Below, one piece after another: positions 11,794 through 24,070 of a stretch of DNA of 64,000 nucleotides. Below the pieces are notes generated by a model. The model did not search any database. It was not told the origin of the DNA and saw nothing but the letters and a program-made list of their open reading frames with translations. Every line of letters starts with the position of its first letter. The stretch's first letter is position 1. The DNA comes from Squalus acanthias. Taxonomy: Eukaryota. The position numbers and the translations under genes were made by a program. The stretch is from assembly GCA_030390025.1 (NCBI GenBank), contig CM059432.1, forward strand, positions 92,444,001 through 92,508,000, in the 5' to 3' direction.

Positions 11794-13997
11794 CAGTCAG
11801 TTTAACCTCGGTAGTGTGGAAGCTTTTGCAAACGATAATCAGGAACAAAGTTAACAGTCACTTGGACAAGTGTGGATTAATTAAGGAAAGCCAGTACAAA
11901 TTTGTTAAAGGCAAATCATGTTTAACTAACTTGATCGAGTTTTTTGATGAGGTAACAGAAAGGGTTGATGAGGGCAATGCGGTTGACGTGGTGTATATGA
12001 ACATCCAAAAGGCGTTTGATAAAGTGCCACATAATAGGCTTACCAGCAAAGTTGAAGCCCATGGAATAAAAGGGACAGTGGCAGCATGGATAAAAAATTG
12101 GCTAAGTGACAGGAAACAGAGAGTAGTGGTGAACGGTTGTTTTTCGGACTGGAGGAAGGTATACAGTGGTGTTCCCCAGGGGTCGGTATTAGGACCATTG
12201 CTTTTCTTGATATATATTAATGACTTGGACTTGCGAGTACAGGGCACAATTTAAAAATTTGCAGATGACACAAAACTTGGAAGTATAGTGAACAGTGAGG
12301 AGGATAGTGATAGACTTCAAGAAGACATGGGCGGAATGGGTACATGGCAGATGAAATTTAACGCAGAAAAGTGCGAAGTGATACATTTTGGTAGGAAGAA
12401 CAAGGAGAGGCAATATAAATTAAAGGGTACAATCCTAAAGGGGATGCACGGACAGAGAGACCGGGGGGGGTATATGTGCACAAATTGTTGAAGGTGGCAG
12501 GGCAGGTTGAGAAAGTGGTTAAAAAAGCATACGGGATCCTGGTTTTCATAAATAGAGACATAGGGCAGAATTTTCATTGACCCGTGGAGGCGGGTTTGGA
12601 GGCGTGTGGGGTGGGAAAATAGCAGATTCGGGGGTCCCGAACCCATCCCGCCCCCAACCTGCCTCCATGTCAGTTTCGCTGGAGGTGGGTACCCGACCTA
12701 TGCTGGGAGCCGCCTCCCCGAGGCGGGAAGGGGATTAGTGACAATTAACTGCCTGTTAACAGGTAGTTAACAGGCAGTTTTTTGCCTAATCCCTATTTTT
12801 AGCCCTGAAGTGTGGGCTACCCGACGGCTCCAAACCACGCCGTTTTAGTGAGGCGGACCGTGGGTCTGCAGGGGTTGGAGGGATCGATATGTCTGGTGGG
12901 CAGGTGAGTGATGGGTGCATGTGTGCAGAAGTAAGTGTGTAAGGTAAGTGTAAAGTGTGGAAAAAAGTTTTACTTACCTTAACTTCCTCCTGCAGGTGTT
13001 AGCCCTTCAGGTCTCGGGAGTCAGAAATCTCATCGGCACAGAAAGCAGAATGGCCGTTGAGCTGTCAAAAGCTGCAGCCTCTGCTTTTTGTTCTGCAGAG
13101 ATCTCTAAATCAGCCTGAGAGGAAGGAATTAACTTAGAGGACAGATTGTCAGTGTTTGACAGCTTCAAGGAGCTGTCAAACGTTGATATTTCATCTGTCA
13201 AAAGCTCTTGACAGATGAAATGTCAGTCTGTGATGTCACCTGTTGCCGGGTGGCCCTTAATTGGCCTGCTGAGCCCGCTGGGCGGGCTCAACAAGGTCAA
13301 TCAAGGGAAAATCGAGTGGGTTGGCCACAACTCGATGGAGGCGGGACTACAACCCCAAAAGTGGGAGTCCCGCCTCCTGCTCGCCTCCATTGATAAAATC
13401 CAGCCCATAGAGTACAAAAGCAAGGAAGTTATGATGAACCTTTATAAAACACTGGCTCAGCCTCAAATGGAGTATTGTGTCCAATTCTGGACATGGCACT
13501 TTAGGAAGAATGTGAAGATTTACGAGAATGATTCCAAGGATGAGGGACTTCAGTTACGTAGATAGACTGGAGAAGCTGGGGTTGTTCTCCATAGAGCAGA
13601 GAAGGTTGAGAAGAGATTTGATACTGGTATTCAAAATCATGAGGTGTCTAGACAGAGTAGATAGAGAGAAGCTGTTCCCATTGGTGGAAGGGTCGAGAAC
13701 CAGAGGACACAGATTTAAGGAGATTGGAAAAAGAACCAAAGGCGACATGAGGAAAAACTTTTTTATGCAGCGAGTGGTTAGGATCTGGACTTCACTGCCT
13801 GAGAGGGTGGTGGAGGCAGATTCAATCGTGGCTTTCAAAAGGGAGTTAGATAACTACCTGAGATGAAAAAATTTGCAGGGCTATGGGGAAAGGGTGGGGG
13901 AGTGGGACTAGCTGAAGTGCTCTTGCAGAAAGCTGTCACGGGCTCGACGGACTGAATGGCCTCCTTCTGTGCTGTAACCATTCTATGATTCTATGAT
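11794..13997 (+). mobile_element. CR1 LINE 3' half inserted into the L2 and interrupted by a MITE
   Basis: [40 protein letters not shown]; (TTCTATGA)n tail at ~13981-13997. Confidence 0.9.
12563..13406. mobile_element. Non-autonomous Harbinger element (MITE), 844 bp
   Basis: Imperfect TIRs GGGCAGAATTTT / AAAATCCAGCCC. 3-bp TSD ATA at 12560-62 and 13407-09. Removing it restores the CR1 sequence AGACATAGAGTACAAAAGC. Confidence 0.85.
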
Positions 13998-15270
13998 TTT
14001 ATGGAGGTGGAAACAATGTTCCCTCTAAATTCTTTTGGTGCGCAGTCCCTTTATTTTCCAGCGGCAGCAGCTGATGGGTAGCCTGCGCGGGACCTCCCGA
14101 TTGGTGCGTGTCAGGGGGAACATTGGGTGGAAACAGTCTTTGTGATGAAGAGGGTTTAGTGTTGGAAGCTCAGCTCAAATTCGAATAGAATGCCGAAATT
14201 GCAAACAGTCTGGTTCTGCCTGAAGCAATGACCGGAGAGAGGGATGTAATAGCTGGCTTGGGTATGGAGTTTGTAGCGGGAGACGAAGATAATGGATTTG
14301 GTCTTCCCAATGGAGTAAATGGCGACTCATCATGTCAGATATGCAATCTAACCACACAGATGTGGTAGAGGAGTTGAGAGAGGTGGTGGAGAGTTCCAGT
14401 TAGATATCATCAGCATACGTGTGGAAGCTGACCCCATGTCTGCGGATGATGCTGCCAAGAGGCAGCCTGTAGATGAGGAAGAGGAGAGGTTCCAGAATAG
14501 ATCTCTGGGTGACTCTAGAGGTAATGGTGCAGAGGCAGGAAGTGATGTTCATTGCTGGAGATGCTCTAGCTACGATCGGATAAGTAAGAGTGGAACCAAG
14601 CTAGTGTAGTGCCACTGAGCTACACAATGGAGATGGGGCATTGGAGAAGAATGGTGTGGTCAGCTGTGTCAAAGGTTAACGAGAGTTTGAGGACAACAAG
14701 GAGGAATAATGCACCATGGTAACAGTCACAGAGGATGCACTTTCGACTTTTATTAGAATTATTTTGGTGCTGGGGCAGGAACAGAAACCTAATTGGAGAG
14801 ATTCGAACATGGAGCTGTCAAGATGGGTATGGATTTGCGAGGCGAGAAAACATTCAAGAGCTTTGGAGAGGAAAAGGAAGTTGGAGATGGGGCAGACATT
14901 TTCAAAGACAGAGAGGTTGATGGTGGGTTTTTTGAGAAGGTAATGACAGTGGTTTTGAAAGGGAGGAGAGGGAATCATTTACACTGTCAGCTAGCATGGG
15001 GGCCAGGAACGGAAGTTGGGTGGTCAGCAATTTAGTGGGAATGGGGTCAAGAGAGCAGGAGGTGAGTCTCATGGAGTAGATGAGGTCAGAGAGGGCATGA
15101 GGGGAGATCAGAGAGAAACTAGAGAAAGAGGCAGCGAGGGCAGAGGGGTGTCTCGGGGAAGGTTTGGCTTGGTAGGCAAAAGGAATGGGGGAAGCAGCAA
15201 AAGCAACAGAATGTAAATTTCTATCTCAGTGACAAATCAGTCCATAAGCTCCTTGCAGTTGCTGAGGGTG
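13998..15270 (-). mobile_element. L2 LINE RT region, degenerate
   Basis: LLKKPT..CPISNFLFLSKALE..FESLQLGF; TATGCTGATGAT (YADD) on minus at ~14406-14417. Confidence 0.7.
14014..14125. mobile_element. hAT-type MITE, 112 bp
   Basis: TIRs CAATGTTCCCTCT / AGGGGGAACATTG. Perfect 8-bp TSD GGTGGAAA at 14006-13 and 14126-33. Confidence 0.85.
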
Positions 15271-15274
15271 TACA

Positions 15275-15690
15275 TCAATTTTTCCTGATTTCCTTTCCTT
15301 ACCCCTCCTTCCCTGAAGTTGGTCACTCACACTCCATTACAGTGACAGCAGTGGCTCCCACCCAGTACCTCACGCAAGCAGCCGCTCATTATGTACAAGT
15401 ACAGACTGTTTGACAACTTAAGCCAGCACAGCCGATCTGACTACTATCCTGCCCTTTTCCTACACACAGACACACGCACACGCACACACACACACCCTTC
15501 CCGCACGAGTTATTGGTCAGTGATCAGGTGCCAGAAGCCCTGCCACTTTTTCCCCTATGTAACCTGAAGACTGGCACCTCAACCAAGATCAGCTAATTCA
15601 ACACAGACCAGGAATCAAACCGCGGACTTTCCTGCTCTGTCTGGCTCGGTATGAAACCAAGCAGCACAATTACCCATTGAGGTATCAAGC
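15275..15690 (-). mobile_element. Old tRNA-derived SINE-like repeat (unclassified)
   Basis: Degenerate B-box GGTTTGATTCC on minus at ~15611-15622. Colinear similarity to 16160-16620 and partial similarity to 51310-51520. Confidence 0.45.
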
Positions 15691-16159
15691 AACGGGAACA
15701 TTTGCTCTTTTCATTTTTAACTTAGGTTCTAACATTGAATTTGTGTAGCTCCAAACAGTTGTCAGGTTTACAAAATAATGCTGAGAGTTGTACACTGCAC
15801 AATATAGTAAAGATTAAAGACAATACTAAACTTCCTGTCACTTGGTTAAACTGTTTACATGAACCAGACATCCACAGGTTCCCACACCCATGTCATTTCC
15901 CTTTATATTGTATTTCCAGTTTATATTTTCTGCTTAATTGTGATGCACATTTTTTTAAACCTAGTTCCAAGGAAGGGATTCCTATACATTTACAAAGCTA
16001 CTGTTGGCAGTTATTTTTTCACTACTAACGTAATGGAAGACGTGGTAATAAACAGTAAGCAGGATCACAAAGGCCACCTCCAATCCCATCAATCTTTCCC
16101 ACTCAGCATCCTTGTCTTTAGAATTCAAGGAGAGACATTCACAACAACTTGTGTAAACA

Positions 16160-16620
16160 ATTTCTCCCTCACTTTCCTCCCTCTGCTCCCCTGCTGGGGT
16201 ACAGCGGCCCTCCTCTCTGCTCCACTGCTGGGGTACAGCGGCCCTCCTCTCTCTGCTCCACTGCTGGGGTACAGCGGCCCTCTGGTACAGGACCCGAGTG
16301 GCCCTTCTTCATGTATGTTTCTAGAAAGTGAGTGTCAGCAGGCTACTCAACCACAGAGGGTATCACAACCAAACCTGATCCTGTTTGGCCTGATGCCAAC
16401 TCATGCACTTTCCAACAGAGGTCATTGAACAGCAATCAAGAGTAGAAACCTCAATCTATTTTATTGTTGCCTAATACTAAGGCCAATTGTGGCACTGTCA
16501 TTAGTGTCCCAGCCAAGATTAGTTAGCTCAAATCAGATCACAGATCAAACATTGGAACCTTTCTAGTCTGTATGGCTCAATTGCATACTGGGTAATATAC
16601 TTAGCCATTAAGGCATCAGG
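16160..16620 (-). mobile_element. Second copy of the old SINE-like repeat
   Basis: Shares CCAAGAT(C/T)AG(C/T)TA, TCTGT(C/A)TGGCTC and TTCTTCATGT blocks with 15275-15690. Confidence 0.45.
16180..16282. repeat. Tandem repeat, ~34-36 bp unit, 3 copies
   Basis: CTGCTGGGGTACAGCGGCCCTC occurs three times, separated by CT-rich CTCTCTGCTCCA linkers. Confidence 0.9.
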
Positions 16621-17709
16621 GCTGTTCTTTGTGTAAAGATATGGTTCCAAATTTTCTCATTGTCAATGGCATACCTGGAACACAAGTCCAATGGACAGCA
16701 ATTGGCAGGGGCAGCAAATAGAGCAGGGCTAGGGCACTGGGTTTCCACCCCAAGGGTCTGGCAATGCAGGTTTCCTGTGGGAGCAGAAGCATGGTGGAAC
16801 ATCTGTCTTCCCCTGGAGGCCTGTCAATCAAAAATGAGACTGTGCTAGCAGAATAGTGTCATCCAGCAGATTTCCTGTTGCTCCCATGTTCTGAGCACGG
16901 ATCATACTGGGCACAGGCAAGTTACTGTACAAAGGAGTGACGGGAGTCAGGCCCACAGGGGTTTCCAAGCTGGGGTCATGGCCTGGAACACTCCAAAAGT
17001 TTGCTGTCTGAACACTTTAAATCGGCTCCCTTATAAAAGAGGCAATTTCAACATTCCCAATACTATTTAGCCGGTCCTTTTCTGGCTTTGTCTATATGCA
17101 GCAATCCAACGCCAAGTTTTGCACTGCCCCCTCTAGCTGGCGGCCAGCATGTGTCCACTTGACTTATTTAAATTATCTGACCTCACTCTCACCCACAGAA
17201 ACTCCAGTCAGCTCAGGATCTTTTCACAGCAGCGCATCACGATTCCTGGCATCATAGTTACAACAGCAGAGTGGGATCACAAATATTCAGGGCCATAACC
17301 CTTTCCCAGCATGCTGTAAACTGTGAGCTGATGTTGTTAAATTGGCTGCTCCAGTGAGCATTTTCAACCATAAAAATAAAATAGCCACCCTGGTCATCAC
17401 TGCTCCCTCATTATAGACAAGTCATTTTATTTGTTCTATTGTTCGAAAACATATGTACCATTTGGTGAAAATATCTAATTACGGTGGAAGATATTGCCAA
17501 TGTGAAATTGTAAACTGGTTCTTTCTAAACACAATGACAATTTTGTTACATCTATTCCACAGAGGATGCCTTCCCCCAAGTGAGAAAAAAAACCTCATAC
17601 AAACTGCAGTTAGGAATTCCATCATTGCAAATACTGTGCTTTGTTAAATAATCCCAGGTTTAAACCAAAAAGTTTTTTGCCTTATGCAGGACTCAAATTC
17701 CTACATTTA

Positions 17710-17910
17710 AAGGGTAATTCTGTGCTCCTGCACTGCCAGTGTGGAGTGCCTACTCCACAGGAAGTGCATGGCAGAAAATCGGCAGCACTGAGCCCAAGAC
17801 TTACTATCCATTTTTCAATGGACGGAAGACGGAAGCTGTGTGCCTGGAATTTCCTGCCACGCGCTCCCTGCAAGAGCTTCTGCCCCCTAGCAGTGCGGGA
17901 GCAAGTATAA
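17710..17910. repeat. Fold-back MITE-like element
   Basis: Inverted GCTCCTGCACTGC / GCAGTGCGGGAGC near the ends and a central TCCATTTTTCAATGGA palindrome. Confidence 0.45.
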
Positions 17911-18949
17911 ACTTGCTTTTAAGTCTGACGGTTGATATTCATTTTAATGGATTATTTAGAATGTAAACATGTACCATATTTCCCTGTTACTCTCTAGTTA
18001 GCTTTTCCCAATTATTTTGCCAGCTGCATGCATTATAACAGGCCAGGAAATGTTCCTGGCCTCCCAAATGTTAGTACAAGGGATCCTATTGCATCATAAA
18101 AGTACAAAGGCTTATTCATTTGATTCAATGCATACAAACAGAAGCCATTTCTCCTCCATCTGACTTTATCCTGCCAGGACTTTGGTGTGGTCTAGGTCAG
18201 AGATTAGAGGCATCCCAGCAACCACCATCAAAGCTCCGCTATGTGCTGAAAGGACGCTCATGGCAGATCAGATAGATCCGCAATGCTGGCTTTTCCTCTG
18301 ATCTTCCCTCTTTTTTGTTCCTTTTCTGTCTTCCTTTCCTGAATGCATGGGGGGGGGGGGGGGTTTGCTGGGAAATTCAGGAAAATGGGCTGGGAAGGCC
18401 ACAGTAAATGATTGCACAAATGTTTTCTCTGTTCTCCACCTTTGCGCAGGGAGCAGTGCATGCTGCCCACCACTTGCGCATGCCCTTTCGCATGCAAAGA
18501 ACAGCGGGTAGGCGGGACTTGGTCCTACATCCCACTTCCTTCAGTGATGGGCTGATCTCTGTCTGCTGGGAACAACGCCTGTACCGAGGAGGCATTCAGA
18601 CTTGCTTGGCGATGGACATTGGGGGTATGAGTGGTAAAGACCATCAGGTGGCTGGCTATCTGCTATGTTTTTTATTTGCTGGCCACTTCTGCTGCTTCCC
18701 GTCCTTCCCCACAATAACTGCTTGCAGCAGGGCTGCTGGAGATCCGTGCATCACTTTTCTGCCTCTGCAATTCTGAGGCTTCTCTCTTTTAGGAAGTTCT
18801 TAGCTTGTCCCTTTAAGCTCCTGCAGCGAGTGGAACACTGCAGCAGCCCAGTATTTCCTTCCGCCACACCGACAGACTCCCACTGGAGCGTGGAGAAGGT
18901 GCGGGAGCACTCGCTAATATACAATTGACACCAACCCAGGAAAATGAGA

Positions 18950-19100
18950 ACAAGGTTATGTGGAGAGACTAGAGAAGCTGGGATTGTTCTCCTTAGAGCA
19001 AAGGAGGTTAAAGGGAGATTTAATAGAGGTGTTGAAAATTATGAGAGGTTTTGACAGAGTGGATAGGGAGAAACTGCTTCCACTGGCAGGAGGGTCGGTC
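18950..19100 (+). mobile_element. CR1 fragment
   Basis: ERLEKLGLFSLEQRRLKGDLIEV. Confidence 0.8.
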
Positions 19101-20545
19101 AGATCTTTAAACCTTTTCCTGCACTGCCCAGCCATGTGTAAGTGGTAAAGTTCACACTCGTCACCTGATCATCTCCTTTCATTTCCCCTTGGCAGCTCTC
19201 CTTAAGCCCTCACAACAATCTGTGCCAAACAAGGTCTCCTTCTTCTGCCTCACTTCCAGCAACAGCACTTCCACTGCCTTCCTGCAAGCCTACCAGGCTT
19301 TCTTTCTTCTCTGAACTTCGAGCAAAAATGCTTGTGATGAGTGCATCCCTTTAAGTTGTTGCAGGCCTTTAAATCCTGCGGTAACATCCTATTTCCCAAC
19401 CCCAACAGGCAAGCTCCCAGAGATGTTTATGTGTTAACATAAAGAGGCTGACCTCAGAAATTACCAAGAAGTCAACGTTCATGATCGTGCCCCATCAGAA
19501 AATCCAGGATACAGAGTTCCCCATGGAAATGTAGGTTAACTGCCTGTGTTTGCAGGTGGTGGGAAATGGCAATTGAACATACTCTTCCTGTGGTGCAACT
19601 TCACATGTCTCTCAACCTGCCATTGCTCCCCCTCTTCCTCAATAAAATAAAAATAGAGCAGCTTTGCCACAGGGAAACTCATTGTCCAGATTTCTAGGAT
19701 CTGAGCAAAGTAAGTCAGTGCCAGAACCCGGACAAAGCCTTTTTACAATCATGTGGGGCAAAAATTTTTTTAACAAAAACTTCACAAAAAGTACATTAAA
19801 ACCAGCAGTTTATCTTCCTTTAAGTCATCACTTCCACATCAACAGCTGCCGAACAATCCTGGACATTGAACGTATATGCGCATTTTGCTGAATGAGTGCA
19901 GCTCCAGCATAAGGATTTGGGAAATAGCGTGGTCACTATATGATGCAATCCTCCCTCCACATTAAAATATTGAAATGATGCTCCTGCTTCTTTCCTCTGC
20001 TTAGCATATCATTAACAGGTGACCCACAGATCACGAAAATGTTAAACTTGTACTCTCATGTAGTGCACGTCATAAATTGTCCTTTGCAATCCAGTTTCCT
20101 TACTGGTCTGTGCAGTATAACTAACCAGGGGCACTGTGTGTAGACTGTGGTTTGCATGTTGAGACATAACAGTAATGTCTGTACTGTTATCAGTCTTAAA
20201 ATTGACAATCTTGCCATTTATCTTCAGCTCTGCCTGTTGTGACTTGTCTGGTCGTCATCACACATAACTGACCGAAGAAAGATTTTTTTCTGATCATGTC
20301 ATTTATCCCTAGGGATCACTGCTTTAACAAACTTGGTCCCAGATTTTTGCATTTTCTGAATCTTTGGGGCCTAAATTCAACATCATTGTGCCTGTTTAAT
20401 GGGCGCAACAATGACCAATTTAACAGTGGATCGGCCCACGCCCAATCTGCGCATGCATCCGGTCCACTGATAAGCACAGTGGGCCCATTTTTCAGGCGTC
20501 CCTGGCGGTCGCCTAAAACAAGCATTACGCCCCTTACATATGTAA

Positions 20546-20755
20546 CCATGATGTGGAGATGCCGGTGTTGGACTGGGGTGGACAAACGTGAGAAGTTGCA
20601 CAACACCAGGTTATAGTCCAACAGTTTTATTTGAAATCACAAGCTTTCGGAGCGCTGCTCCTTCGTCAGGTGAAGTCTGACGAAGGAGCAGCGCTCCGAA
20701 AGCTTGTGATTTCAAATAAAACTGTTGGACTATAACCTGGTGTTGTGCGACTTCT
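20546..20755 (-). mobile_element. Penelope-derived fold-back mini-element with hammerhead cores, copy 1
   Basis: 79-bp inverted arms 20591-20669 and 20677-20755 with one mismatch. CTGACGA-stem-GAAA core in each arm. Flanked by CATATGTAA at 20537-45 and 20758-66. Confidence 0.75.
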
Positions 20756-20838
20756 TGCATATGTAAATGAGGGGCCTAATGCCTGTTTCAGGTTCCCTTG
20801 CCAGAATTGGTTGACGCTGAATGGGGAAGGAGCCATTC

Positions 20839-21300
20839 GAAAGATGAGGTGCTGTTCCTCAATGTAAGCTCGAGGAACAGCACTTCATCTTTTGATTAGG
20901 CACTTTACAGCCATCTGGACTCAACATCGAGTTCAACAATTTCAGACCATAACCTCGGCCCAATTTTTTTCTCTCTCTCACATGGCAGATGTTGATGATT
21001 CTGCCATTGCCATTTAGTCCTCATCTAGAGTCATGTTTTGTTTCTTTACTTGTCCCATTACCATCTCCTTTTGCCTTGCACCATCATCCCTTTTGTCTTT
21101 TAATCTCTCCTGCCTTCCATCCTATCACAGACCTTCCCTTTTGTTCTTTCCTCTCCTCCCCCCTTTCTCTGCCTCTACACTTGCTTAAAAACCTGTTACA
21201 TCTCCAACTTTTTCCAGTTCTGACGAAGGGTCATCGACCTGAAACGTTAACTCTGTTTCTCACTCTACAGATGCTGAGTATTTTCAGCATTTTCTATTTC
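20839..21300 (+). mobile_element. Penelope-like element 3' end (ORF C-terminus plus pseudo-LTR)
   Basis: 20863-20952 translates CKLEEQHFIF*LGTLQPSGLNIEFNNFRP, a typical PLE C-terminus. A pyrimidine-rich UTR and hammerhead core follow. Confidence 0.8.
21216..21252 (+). ncRNA. Minimal type I hammerhead ribozyme motif (Penelope pLTR)
   Basis: AGTT-CTGACGA-AGGGTC ATC GACCT-GAAA-CGTT-AACT: stem I AGTT/AACT, stem II GGTC/GACC, palindromic AACGTT stem III. Confidence 0.7.
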
Positions 21301-22629
21301 AACAGAATCTAATCCTTTCATTATTTTAATCATATCCCCTCAAAGTCAAAGCTTTTCTAACGGAAAGATAGTCAAGTTTTCTAAGCCTGTCCTGATAACT
21401 AAGGGCCCTTAACCTGTTTTGAGACTCACCTCTGAATCTTTTCCACAGTCTCAATATCCTCCACTGTGTGAGGGAACCAAAACTGGGCACAGTATTATAG
21501 AAGTGGCTGAACCAAGGCATTGTGCAAGGTAAGGATTATACTTCGAGCTTGTCAAAATGAGATAGTGTCTCAGAAGGGGAGGGGAGAAAAATCATCAGGA
21601 ACATCAAGTAGCCGATGCATCTCTATTCAATTTCAGATTGAAAAGAGATGAATATCCTGTACGTGTATGCACACGTTTCCAGGTCCAAAGAACCTTTGAA
21701 GGACTTCTTTTCCAGTTCTGTGACTGGGAAAGGAAATAGCCTCTTACACTTCCTGCTCGGTATTAGGTCACTTCTTAATGCAACTCAGGCACGACTTGGG
21801 TGGCACCGAAATTGAAAGCACATTAGAAATATAGTTAAATTACCAAATCAATATTACTGAACAGTGTTGAATAAAATAGCCATATAACAGCATGGACTAT
21901 GTGACTATACTTCATACCAACATTAACACTAGCACAAAAAGCACAAATGTGTTTCGCCATTCCACAGAGCAGCCCTTTAATGTATTACCTCACTGCACCA
22001 CCTAGTCAAGATATGAATTTAAATCTAGCCATTGAGAATTTTTAATACTTGATTGAAGAACAACTTACCGTGAAGAATCTTTTGGAGAATCATTAGAATC
22101 AAAACAATGTCAGCTAAGTTTCTGAATGACTAAATTATTGTTGCTTCCCATGTGTAGCAGGAAGAACATTTAATCAATTGCTTGTCTACAAAGTACAGGA
22201 TATCCTCTTTGTCTTTGATAGTTTCCTAACATCGTAGGATAAAAGTTAACTCTAAACTGTTTCCAAAGGACTGTTCCAGAAATAGCAGGTCAGATGAGTT
22301 ACTTGAGACAAAATATTTTGATTTGTGCGCTGATGCCCTTCCTTTTGTCAGATAGCCTGCTACATGTGGCTGCAAAATATGTGGGGGACAATTTTTGGAT
22401 TCGGCAAACACGGGGCAGGTGGTGAGTGGAGGGCGCCTGCTGCCCGCTGCCCGCTGTCGATGTCACCGACAAGAGGCCCAACCAACTTTCATGGATGAGC
22501 CTCATTACCATTCCGTCGGCGAGCTGCCCACATGTTTAGAACGCTGATAAACAGCTTGCCGATCTGGGGTGGGGGCTCCGAGAGAACCGACAGCTCCTCC
22601 ACAGAGCCACAACTGCAGAATTTATTAAA

Positions 22630-22790
22630 GGGGGAAGGGGAGGGGGAAGGCGCAGGGAAGAGGGCAGGGAAGGTGGAGGGGAAAGGGGGCAGGGGCAGGT
22701 GCAAGGACAAGGGGAAGGGGGCAGGGGAGGGTGCAGGGGGAGAAAGGTATGGAAATGGGGCAGGGAATAGGAGTGAGGCAGGTCAGGACA
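22630..22790. repeat. Purine/G-rich low-complexity tract
   Basis: Repeated GGGGAAGG and GGGCAGG runs. Confidence 0.7.
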
Positions 22791-23019
22791 GCAAACTGTT
22801 ACATAAGGGGGCAGGGGTGGGGGGGTTAGGTTGGTCTTTCAAAACGTTTCCTGGCAGATTAGAGTGAAGTGCGCATGACACCAAAAGGGGATACTATGTT
22901 GGCAATCTGGCAATGGGAGACAGCACTGTCAACAGTGTCACGATATAGTGCCAGAGATAAGTGACGGGGAAGGAGGTGAAGGAACGTGAGGAGGAAGAGC
23001 AGGCAAGGGGGTTAATGGG

Positions 23020-23269
23020 GAACATAGGAACAGGAGTGGGTCATTTATCCCCCCGAGCCTGTTCCGCCATTCAATGAGATCATGGCTGATCTGCAACCTA
23101 ACTCCATATACCCGCCTTTGGCCCATATCCCTTTAATACCTTTGGTTAACAAAAATGTATCAATCTCAGATTTAAAATTAACAATTGATCTAGCATCAAT
23201 TGCTGTTTGCGGGAGAGAGTTCCAAACTTCTACCACCCTTTGTTTGTAGAAGTGTTTCCTAATTTCACT
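23020..23269 (-). mobile_element. CR1 3'UTR fragment abutting the ERV LTR
   Basis: VEVWNSLPQTAIDARSIVNFKSEID and a GAACATAGGAACAGGAG tail. Confidence 0.8.
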
Positions 23270-23912
23270 TGTTAGGGAGAAATTATTTCACTCCAGTCTG
23301 TTGATAGGTAAAAGCAAAAACAGTTTATTTAATATTCAGAGATCCCTGGGAGAAGCGTCACAGACCTTGCACAGCCTGGTCACTACAGCTTCTCGCCCTC
23401 CCGTTGTCAATGACAACCTTTTATTGAAGAGTTGTCCAATCACATAGTTACAAAATATCACATGATTACAAGTATGTCAATTCAAATTTAAACAATTAAT
23501 TTGTTATATTCTAAACAATTTATGTTAGCTCAAACTGAATCATTAATTCGTTATATTTCAATTCAAACTAAATAATTATGTCGATTCAAACTAAACAATT
23601 ATGTCGATTCAAACTAAACAATTATGTCGATTCAAACTAAACCATTAATTCGTTATATTCTTATCTCTGTCAGTTACAAACTAAAAACATTAATGACGTA
23701 TATATGCGGCTGTGTAGAGGCCCTGTCTGGCAATTACAGTCGTTCTATTATATTTTGGCCTTGGATGTTGCTAAGTATCACAACTCTCAACCAGGCCTTA
23801 TCTTCCACCTGGGCTCTTTATTCTATTTCATACAGAAACGAGAAATTATTTATTTTAATTTAACATGAGTTCAAATTAACTCCTTCACTCCCAACTCCTT
23901 CACTCCCCTTCA
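23270..23912 (-). repeat. ERV 3' LTR (~643 bp)
   Basis: On minus: PPT GAAAGGAGGGAA (23924-23913), then TGAAGGGG...CCCTAACA. AATAAA at ~23330-23325. Tandem repeats in U3. Confidence 0.75.
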
Positions 23913-24070
23913 TTCCCTCCTTTCGGTCCCGTATCAAATTAAAAATTCTGGTCAGGGATACCGACTTCTTTCCCGCATTTATCATCCCCGGATTATATCT
24001 GTGTTGATAAATTCGCCTCTCCCTTCTATCTATCCTTGGTGTCAGGTGTCTGTATGAAAAGAAAAGAGCT

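Noticed and set aside
16180..16282. ~35-bp repeats resembling a CRISPR array
   Set aside because: Units are contiguous with no unique spacers, there are no cas genes, and the context is eukaryotic. It is a minisatellite.
22532..22867. Gly-rich 111-aa ORF
   Set aside because: Translation of a G-rich low-complexity tract.
23470..23665. 23-bp repeats resembling CRISPR repeats or iterons
   Set aside because: Head-to-tail tandem copies without spacers, inside an LTR.
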